From NCBI GenBank assembly GCA_045541475.1, contig JAZQJI010000039.1:1-32000 (forward strand): DNA of 32,000 nt, written 5' to 3'. The notes beneath the pieces were generated by a model that did not search any database, was not told where the DNA came from, and worked only from the letters and a program-made list of their open reading frames with translations. The position numbers and the translations under genes were made by a program. Every line of letters starts with the position of its first letter. The stretch's first letter is position 1. Positions 7,406 through 17,313 of this stretch are shown here, one piece after another. The stretch comes from Oscillospiraceae bacterium (GTDB lineage Bacteria; Bacillota; Clostridia; Oscillospirales; Ruminococcaceae).

Positions 7406-8982
7406 CTGTGTCTCCTTCTGAACCAAACAATACCGCAAATCAAGAGAACGCATACGGGAATTGCAAATACAACAAGTATAGTTACAACCTTTGTCTGCTT
7501 GCCCGACATGATGATATCATAATTTTCAACCTGAGTAGAAGAAATCTGGAATTTTACAGAATCTTCTTTTTCGGTCATTGTGTTAACAGCACCAAGCAAC
7601 CAGTTGTAGTTATTAAGGGCGGAATTATCAAAACCTTCGTAGGTTACAAACGCTGAGCTTAACACCATAATATTGTTTACGCAAAGTACGTTATCAATAT
7701 AGTGTCTTCTTGCTGAAAGGGCAGCAATATCATAAACACCGTCGGAGCCTTCAACCACTTCGCCTTCAGAATCTACTACAACTGCCTTATCCGTTGTGGA
7801 AAGCAAGGAAATTGTGTAAGTGTCGCTCATTCTGTCAAAGCGTCTTGTCATAGGAATTACGTTAACCGCATAAATAGGAAGTTTATCATCAACAACGCCT
7901 ACATGAAAGTTATCATTCATATTTTCATGTTCGCTGTTATCAATAATCTGAGCGTACATATACTGGTTGCCGCTTTGGTCAAGCGCATAGCTTTCAGAAT
8001 CGGTTTCGTAAACAATTCCGTCGCCAAATTCAAAGCCCCAGTTGGCAAGAAAGCTATCAAGATTAGGAGTATCATGTTTAACTGTGCTTGCGATATAAAT
8101 AATATCAGTGCCGTACTTACCATCGTTGTAAAGATATGCGTCAATCTTATCAAGCGCCTCATCAGTATAGTCATTTTCAGCACCGGGGATAATCAAAACG
8201 CTGATATCTTCAGGGATATCCGATGTGAGAATATCAAAATATTCGTAGTAATATCCGTTAAGATTAAGCGACTTTACGAAATAATCAGCAACAGTACCTG
8301 TTTCTTCATTACCAATAACTGCAACTTTTATAGGATTTGCATTTGCAACAAAGGCAATTGCGGATGTGAGAGTGTTTTCTGTATCATAACCCATGATAAG
8401 ATCAGCCATATCATAATAGTTGTATGCATAGTAGTAATAATACTGATTAAGTGTTTCTTCATCAATAATAACGATATCCATAATATTGAACACCTTTACT
8501 CTTGAATCACACTGAACTACAACGTCGCCCTTTGCAAGCGCACCCGAATAGTTTTTGTTAAGTTCTGCAACCTTTGCAGGATTTTTTACCATATCAAAAA
8601 ATTCAACCTCGATATGATCGGAATAGCTTCCGTATTCCTTCAAAAGTTCAAGCACCTGCTTATCAATAACGGGTTCACCTATAACCGTACCGTTTTCAAA
8701 AGCTTCTTCAGCAAACAAAACGGAAATTTTAATATCCTGGTCAAGCCCCTTTACAAAATCAATCGATTCTTGCGAAAGCTCATAATACTTACTGCTTGTC
8801 AAGTCAATATTAAGCGATTTTTTTTCGTTGATAAGCGAAGCTACTATATTGAGCAGAACAACAACAACGATAAATACAACAACAAGTGTTGTTGACAATG
8901 CGCCGTATTTAAGCTTTTTGTGTGAGTTTGAAACAGGCTGTGTTTCGTTTGAGGTAATCATTTCTTTATTTTCATTACTCAT
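7402..8982 (-). CDS. GldG-like ABC transporter auxiliary protein
   Basis: 526 aa with N- and C-terminal TM anchors (TLVVVFIVVVVLLNIV; VVTILVVFAIPVCVLLICGIVWF) flanking a large extracytoplasmic domain. The N-terminal region resembles the GldG/ABC-type uncharacterised transport family. An AGGAG SD lies 9 nt upstream. Confidence 0.75.
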   Translation of the reverse strand: MSNENKEMITSNETQPVSNSHKKLKYGALSTTLVVVFIVVVVLLNIVASLINEKKSLNIDLTSSKYYELSQESIDFVKGLDQDIKISVLFAEEAFENGTVIGEPVIDKQVLELLKEYGSYSDHIEVEFFDMVKNPAKVAELNKNYSGALAKGDVVVQCDSRVKVFNIMDIVIIDEETLNQYYYYYAYNYYDMADLIMGYDTENTLTSAIAFVANANPIKVAVIGNEETGTVADYFVKSLNLNGYYYEYFDILTSDIPEDISVLIIPGAENDYTDEALDKIDAYLYNDGKYGTDIIYIASTVKHDTPNLDSFLANWGFEFGDGIVYETDSESYALDQSGNQYMYAQIIDNSEHENMNDNFHVGVVDDKLPIYAVNVIPMTRRFDRMSDTYTISLLSTTDKAVVVDSEGEVVEGSDGVYDIAALSARRHYIDNVLCVNNIMVLSSAFVTYEGFDNSALNNYNWLLGAVNTMTEKEDSVKFQISSTQVENYDIIMSGKQTKVVTILVVFAIPVCVLLICGIVWFRRRHR

Positions 8983-9001
8983 TGTTCATCACTCCTTTCA
9001 A

Positions 9002-9745
9002 TTAGCTCCAGCGTCTTTTCTCAAGAACTCGGATAGTGAGGAAATTGAATACCGCAACTATGCTGAGGTAGAAAAGAATTGATGAAACGTTGAATACGCC
9101 TGTTGTAAATTCGTTGTATTTATCATAGAACGAAATGTTTTTAAGTCCCTCGGCAATGCCGCCGAAAATTTTGTTAAGCCACTGCGCATTATCAATATTG
9201 ATTTTGCCGACAAGGTCTGAAATAGTATCCATAATAAGAAATACAAGGTTGAATACAATTGCAAGAACAGCCGCAACAACAACATTTTCTGTAAGCGAAG
9301 ATACGAAAAGTCCGATTGAGATAAACGCTGAACCAAGGAAGAACAAGCCGATTACCGTACCAAAGGTTGTGCTCCACGGAACTGTTCCGAAAAGTGAAAG
9401 AATCAGGCCAAAAACAGGGAAAATTGCAACTGCAATTGTATAAAGCGACAAAGCAGCAAAAAACTTGCCGTAAACAATGCCTGCAAGGCTTACGGGAGAA
9501 GTTAAAAGAGCCTGGTCGGTTTTAAGTCTTTTATCGTCACTCATCAGCTTCATTGTGATAAGCGGTAAAAATATAAGGTTTACGTAAAACATCAACGCAA
9601 AACATGATGACATATCAGCAGTAAGGCCCGAAAGGCAACCTGCGTAAAGGAAAAGCCCTGCGCAGAAATAGAACACCGCAAGGAAGATATATCCAACGGG
9701 CGATGTAAAATACGATGTCATTTCTCTTCTGAAAATTGCTCCCAT
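9002..9745 (-). CDS. ABC-2 type transporter permease (GldF/NosY-like)
   Basis: 247 aa, polytopic. The N-terminus MGAIFRREMTSYFTSPVGYIF is typical of GldF-like ABC-2 permeases. A GGAGGG SD is present, and the ATG overlaps the ATPase stop by 1 nt (TAATG). Confidence 0.85.
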   Translation of the reverse strand: MGAIFRREMTSYFTSPVGYIFLAVFYFCAGLFLYAGCLSGLTADMSSCFALMFYVNLIFLPLITMKLMSDDKRLKTDQALLTSPVSLAGIVYGKFFAALSLYTIAVAIFPVFGLILSLFGTVPWSTTFGTVIGLFFLGSAFISIGLFVSSLTENVVVAAVLAIVFNLVFLIMDTISDLVGKINIDNAQWLNKIFGGIAEGLKNISFYDKYNEFTTGVFNVSSILFYLSIVAVFNFLTIRVLEKRRWS

Positions 9746-10797
9746 TATTCATCACCCTCCTTTTCAGCGTTTTCTGTATTATCTGTATTCTCAGTGTTTT
9801 CTGCAACATCTTCAGGCTGAGCCTGTTCTTCTTCGGCAGAATTATCAGTCTTTGTAAATGAAATATTCTCACCCATGGTTATCTTAAGGAAGATATCCTC
9901 AAGAGTGAGTGCGTTGCTGCGCAATGAATAGAAATTCCAATTACGTGAATATACGCGCTTATTAAGCTCTTTTCTGATATCCACACCGTAATCAGATTCA
10001 ATTTCGTATTCAAACACGCCTTTTTCCTGCTGCATGCCAACGTTAATTTCCTTAACGCCGGGAATACCGGAAATAACCTTTACAACCTCATCCTTAGGTC
10101 CATCGATAGCAGCGATAATTCTGTGATCGTTGGAAACGGATTTTGAAAGGTTGAACGCAGTATCGTTAGCAGCAACCTGTCCCTTATTGATGATAATAAC
10201 GCGGTCGCACACTGCCTGAACTTCGGACAAAATATGTGAAGAAAGGATAACTGTGTGGTTTTTGCCAAGTCGCTTAATAAGGTTTCTTATCTCGATAATC
10301 TGCTTTGGGTCAAGACCAACGGTGGGCTCATCAAGAATAAGCACGGGCGGGTTGCCGATAAGTGCCTGCGCCAAACCCACGCGCTGTTTGTAACCCTTTG
10401 AAAGATTTTTGATAATTCTATCAAAAACATCATTAATCTTTACAAGAGAACAGATATCTCTTATATGAGAAATTTTGGGCAAATTACATTTTTTAAGGTC
10501 AAACATGAAATAAAGGTATTCCTTTACTGTCATGTCGAGATAAAGCGGAGGCAATTCAGGCAAATAGCCTATCTGCTTTTTAGCTTTTATAGGATCTTTA
10601 AGTATATCAACGCCGTTGATAAGTGCCTCACCACTTGTTGAGGAAATATAGCCGGTGAGAATATTCATAGTTGTGGATTTGCCGGCACCGTTAGGTCCCA
10701 AAAATCCGAGAATCTCGCCATCGTTAACTTCAAATGATATGTTGTTCACAGCCAGGTGCGAACCGTATGCTTTTGATAGGTTTTTAACCTCTATCAT
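9745..10797 (-). CDS. ABC transporter ATP-binding protein (GldA-like) with an acidic C-terminal tail
   Basis: Walker A GPNGAGKST, signature LSKGYKQRV, Walker B LILDEP. The last ~30 aa are an E/D/N/T-rich low-complexity tail. Confidence 0.95.
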   Translation of the reverse strand: MIEVKNLSKAYGSHLAVNNISFEVNDGEILGFLGPNGAGKSTTMNILTGYISSTSGEALINGVDILKDPIKAKKQIGYLPELPPLYLDMTVKEYLYFMFDLKKCNLPKISHIRDICSLVKINDVFDRIIKNLSKGYKQRVGLAQALIGNPPVLILDEPTVGLDPKQIIEIRNLIKRLGKNHTVILSSHILSEVQAVCDRVIIINKGQVAANDTAFNLSKSVSNDHRIIAAIDGPKDEVVKVISGIPGVKEINVGMQQEKGVFEYEIESDYGVDIRKELNKRVYSRNWNFYSLRSNALTLEDIFLKITMGENISFTKTDNSAEEEQAQPEDVAENTENTDNTENAEKEGDE

Positions 10798-10861
10798 GAG
10801 TTATTGCGCCTCCCAGTATTTTTATATATATTTTTGCCTTTTAGACTATATCATCAAAGGC

Positions 10862-11737
10862 TTAAAATAACCTTAAGGTTTCAATATCGCGTGATATCTG
10901 CGCTTTTAGCTGTTCAACGCTGTCAAAGCGTTTTTCATCACGAATAAATCTATAAGGTATAACTTCGATTACCTTGCCGTAAAGATTGCGGTTAAAATCA
11001 AAAATATGTGTTTCTGCAACAGTTTCCGAGTTTTCAAGAACAGTTGGTCTTACGCCGATGTTGGTAATGCCTTTGAAAATCTCATCATCAATAACAACTT
11101 TTGAAGCGTAAACCCCTTTGCGCATAGGTGCGCTTGGTTTTAAATTTACCGTAGGCGTACCCATTTGCGTACCGTTCTGCTTATCGCAAAAAACTTTTCC
11201 GGATATGGAAAACTCTCGTCCCAAAAGCATGTTTGCCGTTGCAATATCGCCCGAATTTAATGCTTGACGGATTACGGCAGAAGAAATTTTAATTCCGTTT
11301 ATGCTTTCATCGGGAACGATAATTACCTTGATATCATAATCTTTGCAGATAGATTTTAAATCATTTATATCAGCACCGGCATTATGCCCAAAGCGAAAAT
11401 CTTCGCCACAGACAACTGCATGGCAATTCAATTGATTATTCAAAATCTTGCTTACAAATTCTCTCGGTTCAAGATTGCTGATTTTATTAAAATCAACCGA
11501 AATAATGTTTTTAATACCAAAACCCTTTATATATCTGCATTTTTGTTCATCAGAATATATATAGTCTATCTTTCTGCCCTGTTTAATTTGCAGCGAAGCG
11601 TTATCGAAAGTAAAGCACAAAGGCTCAAATCCGCACGATTTATATTTAGCTGCGCAGGATAAAACACGAGCATGTCCCAAATGCACGCCATCAAACAATC
11701 CCAAAGCAGCTACGCTTTTTGCCTTTTGAGTTTCCAT
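10862..11737 (-). CDS. ribF: bifunctional riboflavin kinase / FMN adenylyltransferase
   Basis: 291 aa with the N-terminal nucleotidyltransferase motif GLFDGVHLGH and a C-terminal riboflavin kinase domain. It occupies the conserved position after truB. Confidence 0.9.
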   Translation of the reverse strand: METQKAKSVAALGLFDGVHLGHARVLSCAAKYKSCGFEPLCFTFDNASLQIKQGRKIDYIYSDEQKCRYIKGFGIKNIISVDFNKISNLEPREFVSKILNNQLNCHAVVCGEDFRFGHNAGADINDLKSICKDYDIKVIIVPDESINGIKISSAVIRQALNSGDIATANMLLGREFSISGKVFCDKQNGTQMGTPTVNLKPSAPMRKGVYASKVVIDDEIFKGITNIGVRPTVLENSETVAETHIFDFNRNLYGKVIEVIPYRFIRDEKRFDSVEQLKAQISRDIETLRLF

Positions 11738-11761
11738 TAAATCACCTTAATCGCCATTTAG

Positions 11762-12661
11762 TTAAACAGAGTAAAAATTCTTTTCTATCCGCAAAACATT
11801 TTCGGTATTATCTATAAGGGCAGTTCCCAAAAATTCATCATCAAAGCCGAATACTCTATATCTGCTTTGTGTGGTATCGTTAATACCAAGCGTTATTATG
11901 GGCAGTTTTCTGCCATTTTTGTACGCTTTTGTATTATCTTTTGAAAGTATAATCTTTTCACAATCAGCAAAAAGCTTTTCGACCGAAAGAAGCTTGCTTT
12001 CAAGCTCGCCGTTCTCAAAAAGTTCTTTAACTTTATCAAAATCAAGACAGTCGTCAAGTGTAAAATTGCAGGATTGTGTACGCTTTAAAGCCGTCATAGC
12101 TGCGCCACACCCAAGTTTTGTGCCAATATCGTCAATTAATGTGCGGATATAGGTGCCCTTTGAGCATTTAACATCAATTTTAGCAATGAAGTTTTTTTCG
12201 TCAAAATCAGATAAATCAATAGAAATAATTGTAATTTTACGCTTTGGACGCTCAACTGTGATGCCCTGACGGGCAAGCTTATACAGTTTTGTTCCATTTA
12301 CGGACACCGCAGAATACATGGGCGGAGTCTGCTCAATTTCACCTAAAAAGCTATATACGGCATTTTTCAGTTCTTCGCAAGATACATCAGGTGTTGTTTG
12401 GCTTAAAACCGCACCCGTTATATCAAGTGTATCGGTAGTGATGCCTAGTTTAAACTCTGCACTGTATGCTTTAATATCATTTGGCATCATATCGCACGCT
12501 TTTGTGGCAGTGCCAAGAAAAATCGGCAGAACACCGGTTGCCATGGGGTCAAGCGTACCGCCATGACCTATACGCTTCATTTTTAATATGCCGCGAAGCT
12601 TTGCACACACATCAAACGATGTAAAGTCTTGCGGCTTGTCAATGCAAATTATACCATTCAT
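11762..12661 (-). CDS. truB: tRNA pseudouridine(55) synthase
   Basis: 299 aa with the catalytic motif GHGGTLDPMATG. The start forms an ATGA overlap with the nrnA stop. Confidence 0.95.
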   Translation of the reverse strand: MNGIICIDKPQDFTSFDVCAKLRGILKMKRIGHGGTLDPMATGVLPIFLGTATKACDMMPNDIKAYSAEFKLGITTDTLDITGAVLSQTTPDVSCEELKNAVYSFLGEIEQTPPMYSAVSVNGTKLYKLARQGITVERPKRKITIISIDLSDFDEKNFIAKIDVKCSKGTYIRTLIDDIGTKLGCGAAMTALKRTQSCNFTLDDCLDFDKVKELFENGELESKLLSVEKLFADCEKIILSKDNTKAYKNGRKLPIITLGINDTTQSRYRVFGFDDEFLGTALIDNTENVLRIEKNFYSV

Positions 12662-13620
12662 GCGTTTAAAACCTTACCGATTTGTGCGACAACACTTGAT
12701 TTAATCTCATCAATAGAAGATCCCGCGTCAAATTCACAGCCCGCAGCGTTTTTATGCCCGCCGCCGCCAAACTTTTTGCAGATATCTGAAACGGAAAAAT
12801 CACCAACCGAACGCATTGACGCTTTGAATTTACCATCTTCGCGCTCTTTAATGGTAACGCAAACCACAACGCCTAATGTCTGCAAAGGCAGGCTCATCGT
12901 AGTATCAAGCTCGGTTTCGTCCACACCGAGAGCTTCAAGCTGTTTGCGTGAAATAAACGCAACTGCACATTTTCCGCCATAATAATATTCGGTGTTTTCG
13001 TGTATGGCAGCTTCCAGCTTGATTTTTCCGATGCTTTTTATATCAAACATCTCTCTATTAATATTTGCAAAATCAAATTCAAAACAAAGCAGTTTTGAAA
13101 CAATTTGATGCGTTTTTGAGGTTGTGTTAGAAAACTTAAAGCAGCCTGTATCAGTAGAAATAGCTGTATAAAGCCTTTTAGCGATTTCGCTGTCAAGTTC
13201 AACACCAAGTTCACAAGCTAAGTCAAAAACCACTTCAGCCGCAGCCGCAGCCTTGGGATTAAGCAAAGTATTTTGCGCAAATCCCACATTGGACGCATGA
13301 TGATCTATATTGAGCACGCATTTTGAAGCGTAAACATCTCGCAAATCACCCAAAAGGCTATCATCTGCCAAATCAACGGCAATTACCGTTTTTTCTTCAA
13401 AATCAAACTCGTCAAAATCAGTATACAAAAAGCTGTAACGCTCAGGAAAGCCTGTACAGTTAAGAACCTTTACACGTTTGTTTAACTTTTTCAGTATCAG
13501 CAAAAGTGCAAAAGCACTGCCAAAAGCGTCACCATCAGGATTTTGATGTGTTAAAATCGCAAAATCGTCATTTTCTTTCAAAATACGAGCCGCTGTTTTT
13601 ATATCAACATAATTACTCAT
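12658..13620 (-). CDS. nrnA: DHH/DHHA1 phosphoesterase (NrnA-type oligoribonuclease / pAp phosphatase)
   Basis: 320 aa with the DHH-family motifs DGDAFGS and NIDHH, and DHHA1 GGGGHKNAAG. It overlaps the rbfA end by 8 nt. Confidence 0.85.
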   Translation of the reverse strand: MSNYVDIKTAARILKENDDFAILTHQNPDGDAFGSAFALLLILKKLNKRVKVLNCTGFPERYSFLYTDFDEFDFEEKTVIAVDLADDSLLGDLRDVYASKCVLNIDHHASNVGFAQNTLLNPKAAAAAEVVFDLACELGVELDSEIAKRLYTAISTDTGCFKFSNTTSKTHQIVSKLLCFEFDFANINREMFDIKSIGKIKLEAAIHENTEYYYGGKCAVAFISRKQLEALGVDETELDTTMSLPLQTLGVVVCVTIKEREDGKFKASMRSVGDFSVSDICKKFGGGGHKNAAGCEFDAGSSIDEIKSSVVAQIGKVLNA

Positions 13621-13990
13621 TTACAGTATCTTCTCCGTCTGCTTCATCTTTTACAAGGCCTTGCAGCATTTTGCTGATTTTTGCACTGTGTTCGATAGAA
13701 TCATCGGCAACAAAATGCAATTCGGGACACTTACGCAGTTTTAAAGCTGAACAAAGCATTTTTTTGATATAGCCCTGCGCACTTACAAGTCCTTTAACTG
13801 CATCCTTTGTGCTATCCATGCCCTTTATTGACGAAACATAAACCGTGCAATGCGACATATCGTTAGTAAGATCGGTACGGATTACGGAAACCATATTTTC
13901 CGTAACCCTTGGATCTTTTACCGTGCGAAGAATTGCTGTCATTTCACGCATTACATCTTCATTAAGTCTGTTAGACTTATAGCTTGGCAT
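13613..13990 (-). CDS. rbfA: ribosome-binding factor A
   Basis: 125 aa in the conserved position after infB, with RbfA-like sequence (RLNEDVMREMTAIL..DPRV). A GAGAGGA SD is present. Confidence 0.9.
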   Translation of the reverse strand: MPSYKSNRLNEDVMREMTAILRTVKDPRVTENMVSVIRTDLTNDMSHCTVYVSSIKGMDSTKDAVKGLVSAQGYIKKMLCSALKLRKCPELHFVADDSIEHSAKISKMLQGLVKDEADGEDTVNE

Positions 13991-14024
13991 ATAATTAATC
14001 CTCTCTGATTAATCGAATAATGTA

Positions 14025-16682
14025 TTAATCTTCTCTGTATTCTTCAATTATGAAGGCTTCAAAAATATCGCCTTCCTTAATATCGTTATATTTTTCAAGG
14101 CCGACACCGCACTCATAACCCTGAGCCACTTCCTTAACATCGTCCTTAAATCTTCTCAAGCTGTCGATTTTATCTTCAGCAAGAACGATACCGTCACGTA
14201 CAACTCTTATCTGGCATGCACGTGTTACCTTACCTTCAAGAACATAACCACCTGCAATCATACCTACGCTGGAAATTTTGTATACCTGGCGCACCTCAAT
14301 ACGTCCCAGCTGAACTTCACGGAACTTGGGTGCAAGCATACCCTTCATAGCGGTTGAAATTTCTTCAATTGCATCGTAGATAATTCTGTAAAGTCTGATA
14401 TCTACACCGTCACGTCTTGCTGTTTCCAATGCAATTGGGTCGGGACGAACGTTAAATCCGACGATAATTGCATTTGAAGCGTTAGCAAGCATAACGTCGC
14501 TTTCGCTTACGGCACCAACACCGCCATGGATAACTCTGACTCTGACTTCTTCGTTTGTGAGCTTTTCAAGCGACTGCTTTACAGCCTCAACAGAGCCCTG
14601 AACATCGGCTTTAACAATAATCGGAAGTTCCTTGATTTCGCCTTGTTCAATTCTTGAGAAGAGGTTATCAAGAGTTACCTTCTGGTACTGTTTAAACGCT
14701 TCCTGCTTAGCTTCTTCCTTACGCTGATTTACAAGTTCTCTTGCGAGTTTTTCGTCCTCAACAGCGTTGAAAATATCACCTGCGCTGGGAACTTCGGCAA
14801 GACCTGTAATCTCAACCGGAACGGAAGGTCCGGCGGTTTTAACGCGTCTGCCCTTATCGTCAGTCATTACTCTTATTCTACCCTCGGCAGTGCCTGCTAT
14901 TACAATATCGCCCGATTTAAGAGTACCTTTTTGAACAAGAACGGTTGCAACGGGCCCTCTGCCCTTATCAAGTCTTGCTTCAATTACTGTACCCTTTGCA
15001 AGACGGTTCGGGTTAGCTTTAAGTTCCATAACATCAGCAACGAGAATAATATTTTCAAGCAGTTCGTCAAAGCCTTCACCTGTTTTTGCAGATACGGGAA
15101 CGCAGATAATATCGCCGCCCCATTCTTCAATAACAAGGCCATGTTCAGTCAATTCCTGCTTAATTCTGTCAGGATTTGCGCCTTCCTTATCAATCTTGTT
15201 GATAGCAACAATAATCTGCTGTTCGGCTGCTTTTGCATGGTTGATAGCTTCAACAGTCTGCGGCATAATACCGTCATCAGCGGCAACAACAAGAATTGCA
15301 ATATCAGTGATGGACGCACCTCTTGCACGCATGGAAGTAAACGCCTCATGACCGGGGGTGTCAAGAAACGTGATATCCCTGCCGTTTACAGATACTCTGT
15401 AAGCACCGATATGCTGTGTGATACCGCCTGCTTCAGATGCGGTAACGTTAGAATTTCTAATTCTATCAAGAAGAGATGTTTTACCATGGTCAACGTGACC
15501 CATAACAACAACAACAGGGCTTCTTTCTTCAAGTTCGCCTTCGTCGTCGTTATCGTTAATAAGACGCTCTTCAATTGTGATTACAACTTCCTTTTCAACC
15601 TTGGCACCCAATTCCTCCGCTACAAGTGATGCGGTGTCAAAGTCGATAACTTCATTTATGCTGGCAAAAATGCCAAGTCCCATAAGCTTTTTGATAACCT
15701 CTGTTGCGGTTACTTTCAATTTATAAGCCAAATCGCTTACGGTGATTTCTTCGGGAATAGTGATTTTAAGCTGCTGCTTTCTTGCTCTTTCAAGTGCAAG
15801 ACGCTGAAGCTTTTCTGCTTCAGTTTCACGCTTACTGCTCAAATGCTGATTCTTACGCTGCTGTGATTTTTGCGTAATCTTCTGCTTTTTGGAATAGTTA
15901 TCCTTATTCTTGCCACCCTGAGGAGCAATTTTTTCGTAGCGCTCGTTATATTTATCAAGATCAACATAGCTGCCGCGTGTATCAACAGTTGTACGCTTTT
16001 GAACAGGCTCGCTTGAAGGTGTTGAACTGAAATTGGAAGAAAGCTGCTGTCTTACGCCGCGCTCCTGCGCTTTTGCAGGCTGTTTTGCAGCCTTTTTGGA
16101 GTTAGACTTTGAATTGTTATTAGCATTAGCTGCAGGCTTCTTTTCTTCCTGCTTAGGCTTTTCGTTATTATTCTGAGCAGGCTGCACTGATTTTTCTTCA
16201 GTCTTAGTTTTTTCAGTCTGCTTAACTTCATGTTTAACTTCCGTTTTAGCTTCGGGTTTAACTTCGGGTTTATTTTCAGACTTAACCTCAATTTTTTCTT
16301 CTTTAACTGCTGTCTTTTCAGACTTCACGTTGTTTTCAGTTTTTTCTGCCTTTGCGGGCTTTTCTTTCTTTTCCACTTTCTCAGCCTTTTCTGTCTGCTT
16401 GGGCGCAGACTTTTTAGGCTTAGCAGGCTTTTTATCCTCAGAAACTACAGCTTTTTCAGGCTTTTCAGCCTTAGGTGCATTTTTAGATGCAAAATATGCA
16501 TCAAAATTTTCAACTTCATTATTCTGAGAATAATATTCAAGCAGCAAATTAACTTCATCGGCATCAAGTCCCGATGCAGGTTTTTTCTTTGCTCCTGTAA
16601 GCTCTTCCAGAGCGTTGATAAGCTCCTGATTACCCTGAACAAGCTCTTTTGCCAAATCGTTAAGTTTAACTTTTTTAGTCAT
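14025..16682 (-). CDS. infB: translation initiation factor IF-2
   Basis: 885 aa with G-domain motifs [14 protein letters not shown] and NKID. The N-terminal region is long and K/E/P-rich. An AGGGGGA SD lies 8 nt upstream. Confidence 0.97.
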   Translation of the reverse strand: MTKKVKLNDLAKELVQGNQELINALEELTGAKKKPASGLDADEVNLLLEYYSQNNEVENFDAYFASKNAPKAEKPEKAVVSEDKKPAKPKKSAPKQTEKAEKVEKKEKPAKAEKTENNVKSEKTAVKEEKIEVKSENKPEVKPEAKTEVKHEVKQTEKTKTEEKSVQPAQNNNEKPKQEEKKPAANANNNSKSNSKKAAKQPAKAQERGVRQQLSSNFSSTPSSEPVQKRTTVDTRGSYVDLDKYNERYEKIAPQGGKNKDNYSKKQKITQKSQQRKNQHLSSKRETEAEKLQRLALERARKQQLKITIPEEITVSDLAYKLKVTATEVIKKLMGLGIFASINEVIDFDTASLVAEELGAKVEKEVVITIEERLINDNDDEGELEERSPVVVVMGHVDHGKTSLLDRIRNSNVTASEAGGITQHIGAYRVSVNGRDITFLDTPGHEAFTSMRARGASITDIAILVVAADDGIMPQTVEAINHAKAAEQQIIVAINKIDKEGANPDRIKQELTEHGLVIEEWGGDIICVPVSAKTGEGFDELLENIILVADVMELKANPNRLAKGTVIEARLDKGRGPVATVLVQKGTLKSGDIVIAGTAEGRIRVMTDDKGRRVKTAGPSVPVEITGLAEVPSAGDIFNAVEDEKLARELVNQRKEEAKQEAFKQYQKVTLDNLFSRIEQGEIKELPIIVKADVQGSVEAVKQSLEKLTNEEVRVRVIHGGVGAVSESDVMLANASNAIIVGFNVRPDPIALETARRDGVDIRLYRIIYDAIEEISTAMKGMLAPKFREVQLGRIEVRQVYKISSVGMIAGGYVLEGKVTRACQIRVVRDGIVLAEDKIDSLRRFKDDVKEVAQGYECGVGLEKYNDIKEGDIFEAFIIEEYRED
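16040..16481 (-). repeat. low-complexity K/E/P/A-rich coding repeats in the infB N-terminal region
   Basis: Encodes roughly aa 68-215 ([38 protein letters not shown]). At the DNA level there is a 12-nt-period tandem repeat, cttcgggttta at 16250-16260 and 16262-16272, plus related degenerate units. Confidence 0.6.
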
Positions 16683-16728
16683 AGGCGAAATCCCCCTTAA
16701 AATGTAGCGGAATAATATATGTTATAGT

Positions 16729-17043
16729 TTATTGGTTATTGTTAATTGCGTATTCTGCAAATTTTTTGGCAAAGCCATTATCATTAACCGAGAATACTGC
16801 ATATTCTTTTCGCAGGACTATGTAAGCTTCCTGCGCAGTAAAATCAGCAATATATACCGGAGTGTTATACTTCTGACAAACAAATCTCACTTCTTTTGCA
16901 GTTTTTGCCGAAACATTTTCTGCAAGCAAAATGCAGCTTGAAGTTCCTTCCTTTACAGCGGTAAGCGATTTATCAAAACCGCCTGTAAGCTTGCCCGCTT
17001 TTGCACAAATTGTAAGCAGGTTAAGTGTTTTGTTCGAGCTCAT
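16729..17043 (-). CDS. ylxQ: L7Ae-family RNA-binding protein (YlxQ-like)
   Basis: About 104 aa starting at ATG 17043 (MSSNKTLNLLTICAKAGKLTGG). It has an L7Ae-like fold signature and the conserved position between ylxR and infB. The track's extension to 17100 lies deep inside ylxR. Confidence 0.75.
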   Translation of the reverse strand: MSSNKTLNLLTICAKAGKLTGGFDKSLTAVKEGTSSCILLAENVSAKTAKEVRFVCQKYNTPVYIADFTAQEAYIVLRKEYAVFSVNDNGFAKKFAEYAINNNQ

Positions 17044-17290
17044 TAAGCATATCCTCGTAAACAGAGTCGGCAATGTCACATTCAAGTGCACGTGCGGCAC
17101 GCTTATTTTTTCTTACAAGCTTTAAGCAATCAAGGTTTTTGCATATATATGCTCCCCTGCCTGATTTTTTGCCTGTAAGGTCTAGTTCGACCTTGCCTTC
17201 GGGTGTGCGGACTATTCTGATAAGCTCACGCTTGGGGAACATTTCACCACAGCCGCAGCACATACGCATCGGAATTTTTTTGTTTGTCAT
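17021..17290 (-). CDS. ylxR: YlxR/RnpM family (DUF448) RNA-binding protein
   Basis: 89 aa with the N-terminal motif PMRMCCGCGEMFPKRELIRIV and GRGAYIC, both typical of YlxR. It occupies the conserved position after nusA. Confidence 0.85.
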   Translation of the reverse strand: MTNKKIPMRMCCGCGEMFPKRELIRIVRTPEGKVELDLTGKKSGRGAYICKNLDCLKLVRKNKRAARALECDIADSVYEDMLNELEQNT

Positions 17291-17313
17291 AGTTGAAGTT
17301 CACTCTTTCAAAA

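Noticed and set aside
7406-7453. N-terminal extensions in the ORF track. Examples are the DUF4340 gene to 7453, dnaX to 21645, rimP to 18884, ylxQ to 17100, atpH to 26424, atpI to 28575, atpD to 23582 and the membrane protein to 31646.
   Set aside because: The extended starts are TTG or GTG codons, or ATGs without an SD. They often overlap the real SD or the upstream gene. The downstream ATG or TTG has a properly spaced GGAGG-like SD, or forms an ATGA/TAATG coupling junction.
10798-10861. A promoter or terminator between ribF and the ABC ATPase gene. The spacer contains a gccuuu..aaaggc stem and TATATA-like stretches.
   Set aside because: The stem is only 6 bp with a 14-nt loop and is followed by A-rich, not U-rich, sequence. 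No -35-like hexamer lies at 16-18 nt from any TATA-like hexamer. I therefore treat the spacer as read-through rather than annotating elements.
14931-15629. A 232-aa plus-strand ORF. Other long plus-strand ORFs include 7903-8505, 28827-29312, 5223-5732, 2232-2780 and 16230-16700.
   Set aside because: All of them lie antisense to well-supported conserved genes (infB, the GldG-like gene, rbr, icd and others). They have Cys/Phe/Ile-rich low-complexity translations and no SD. They are typical shadow ORFs of minus-strand genes.
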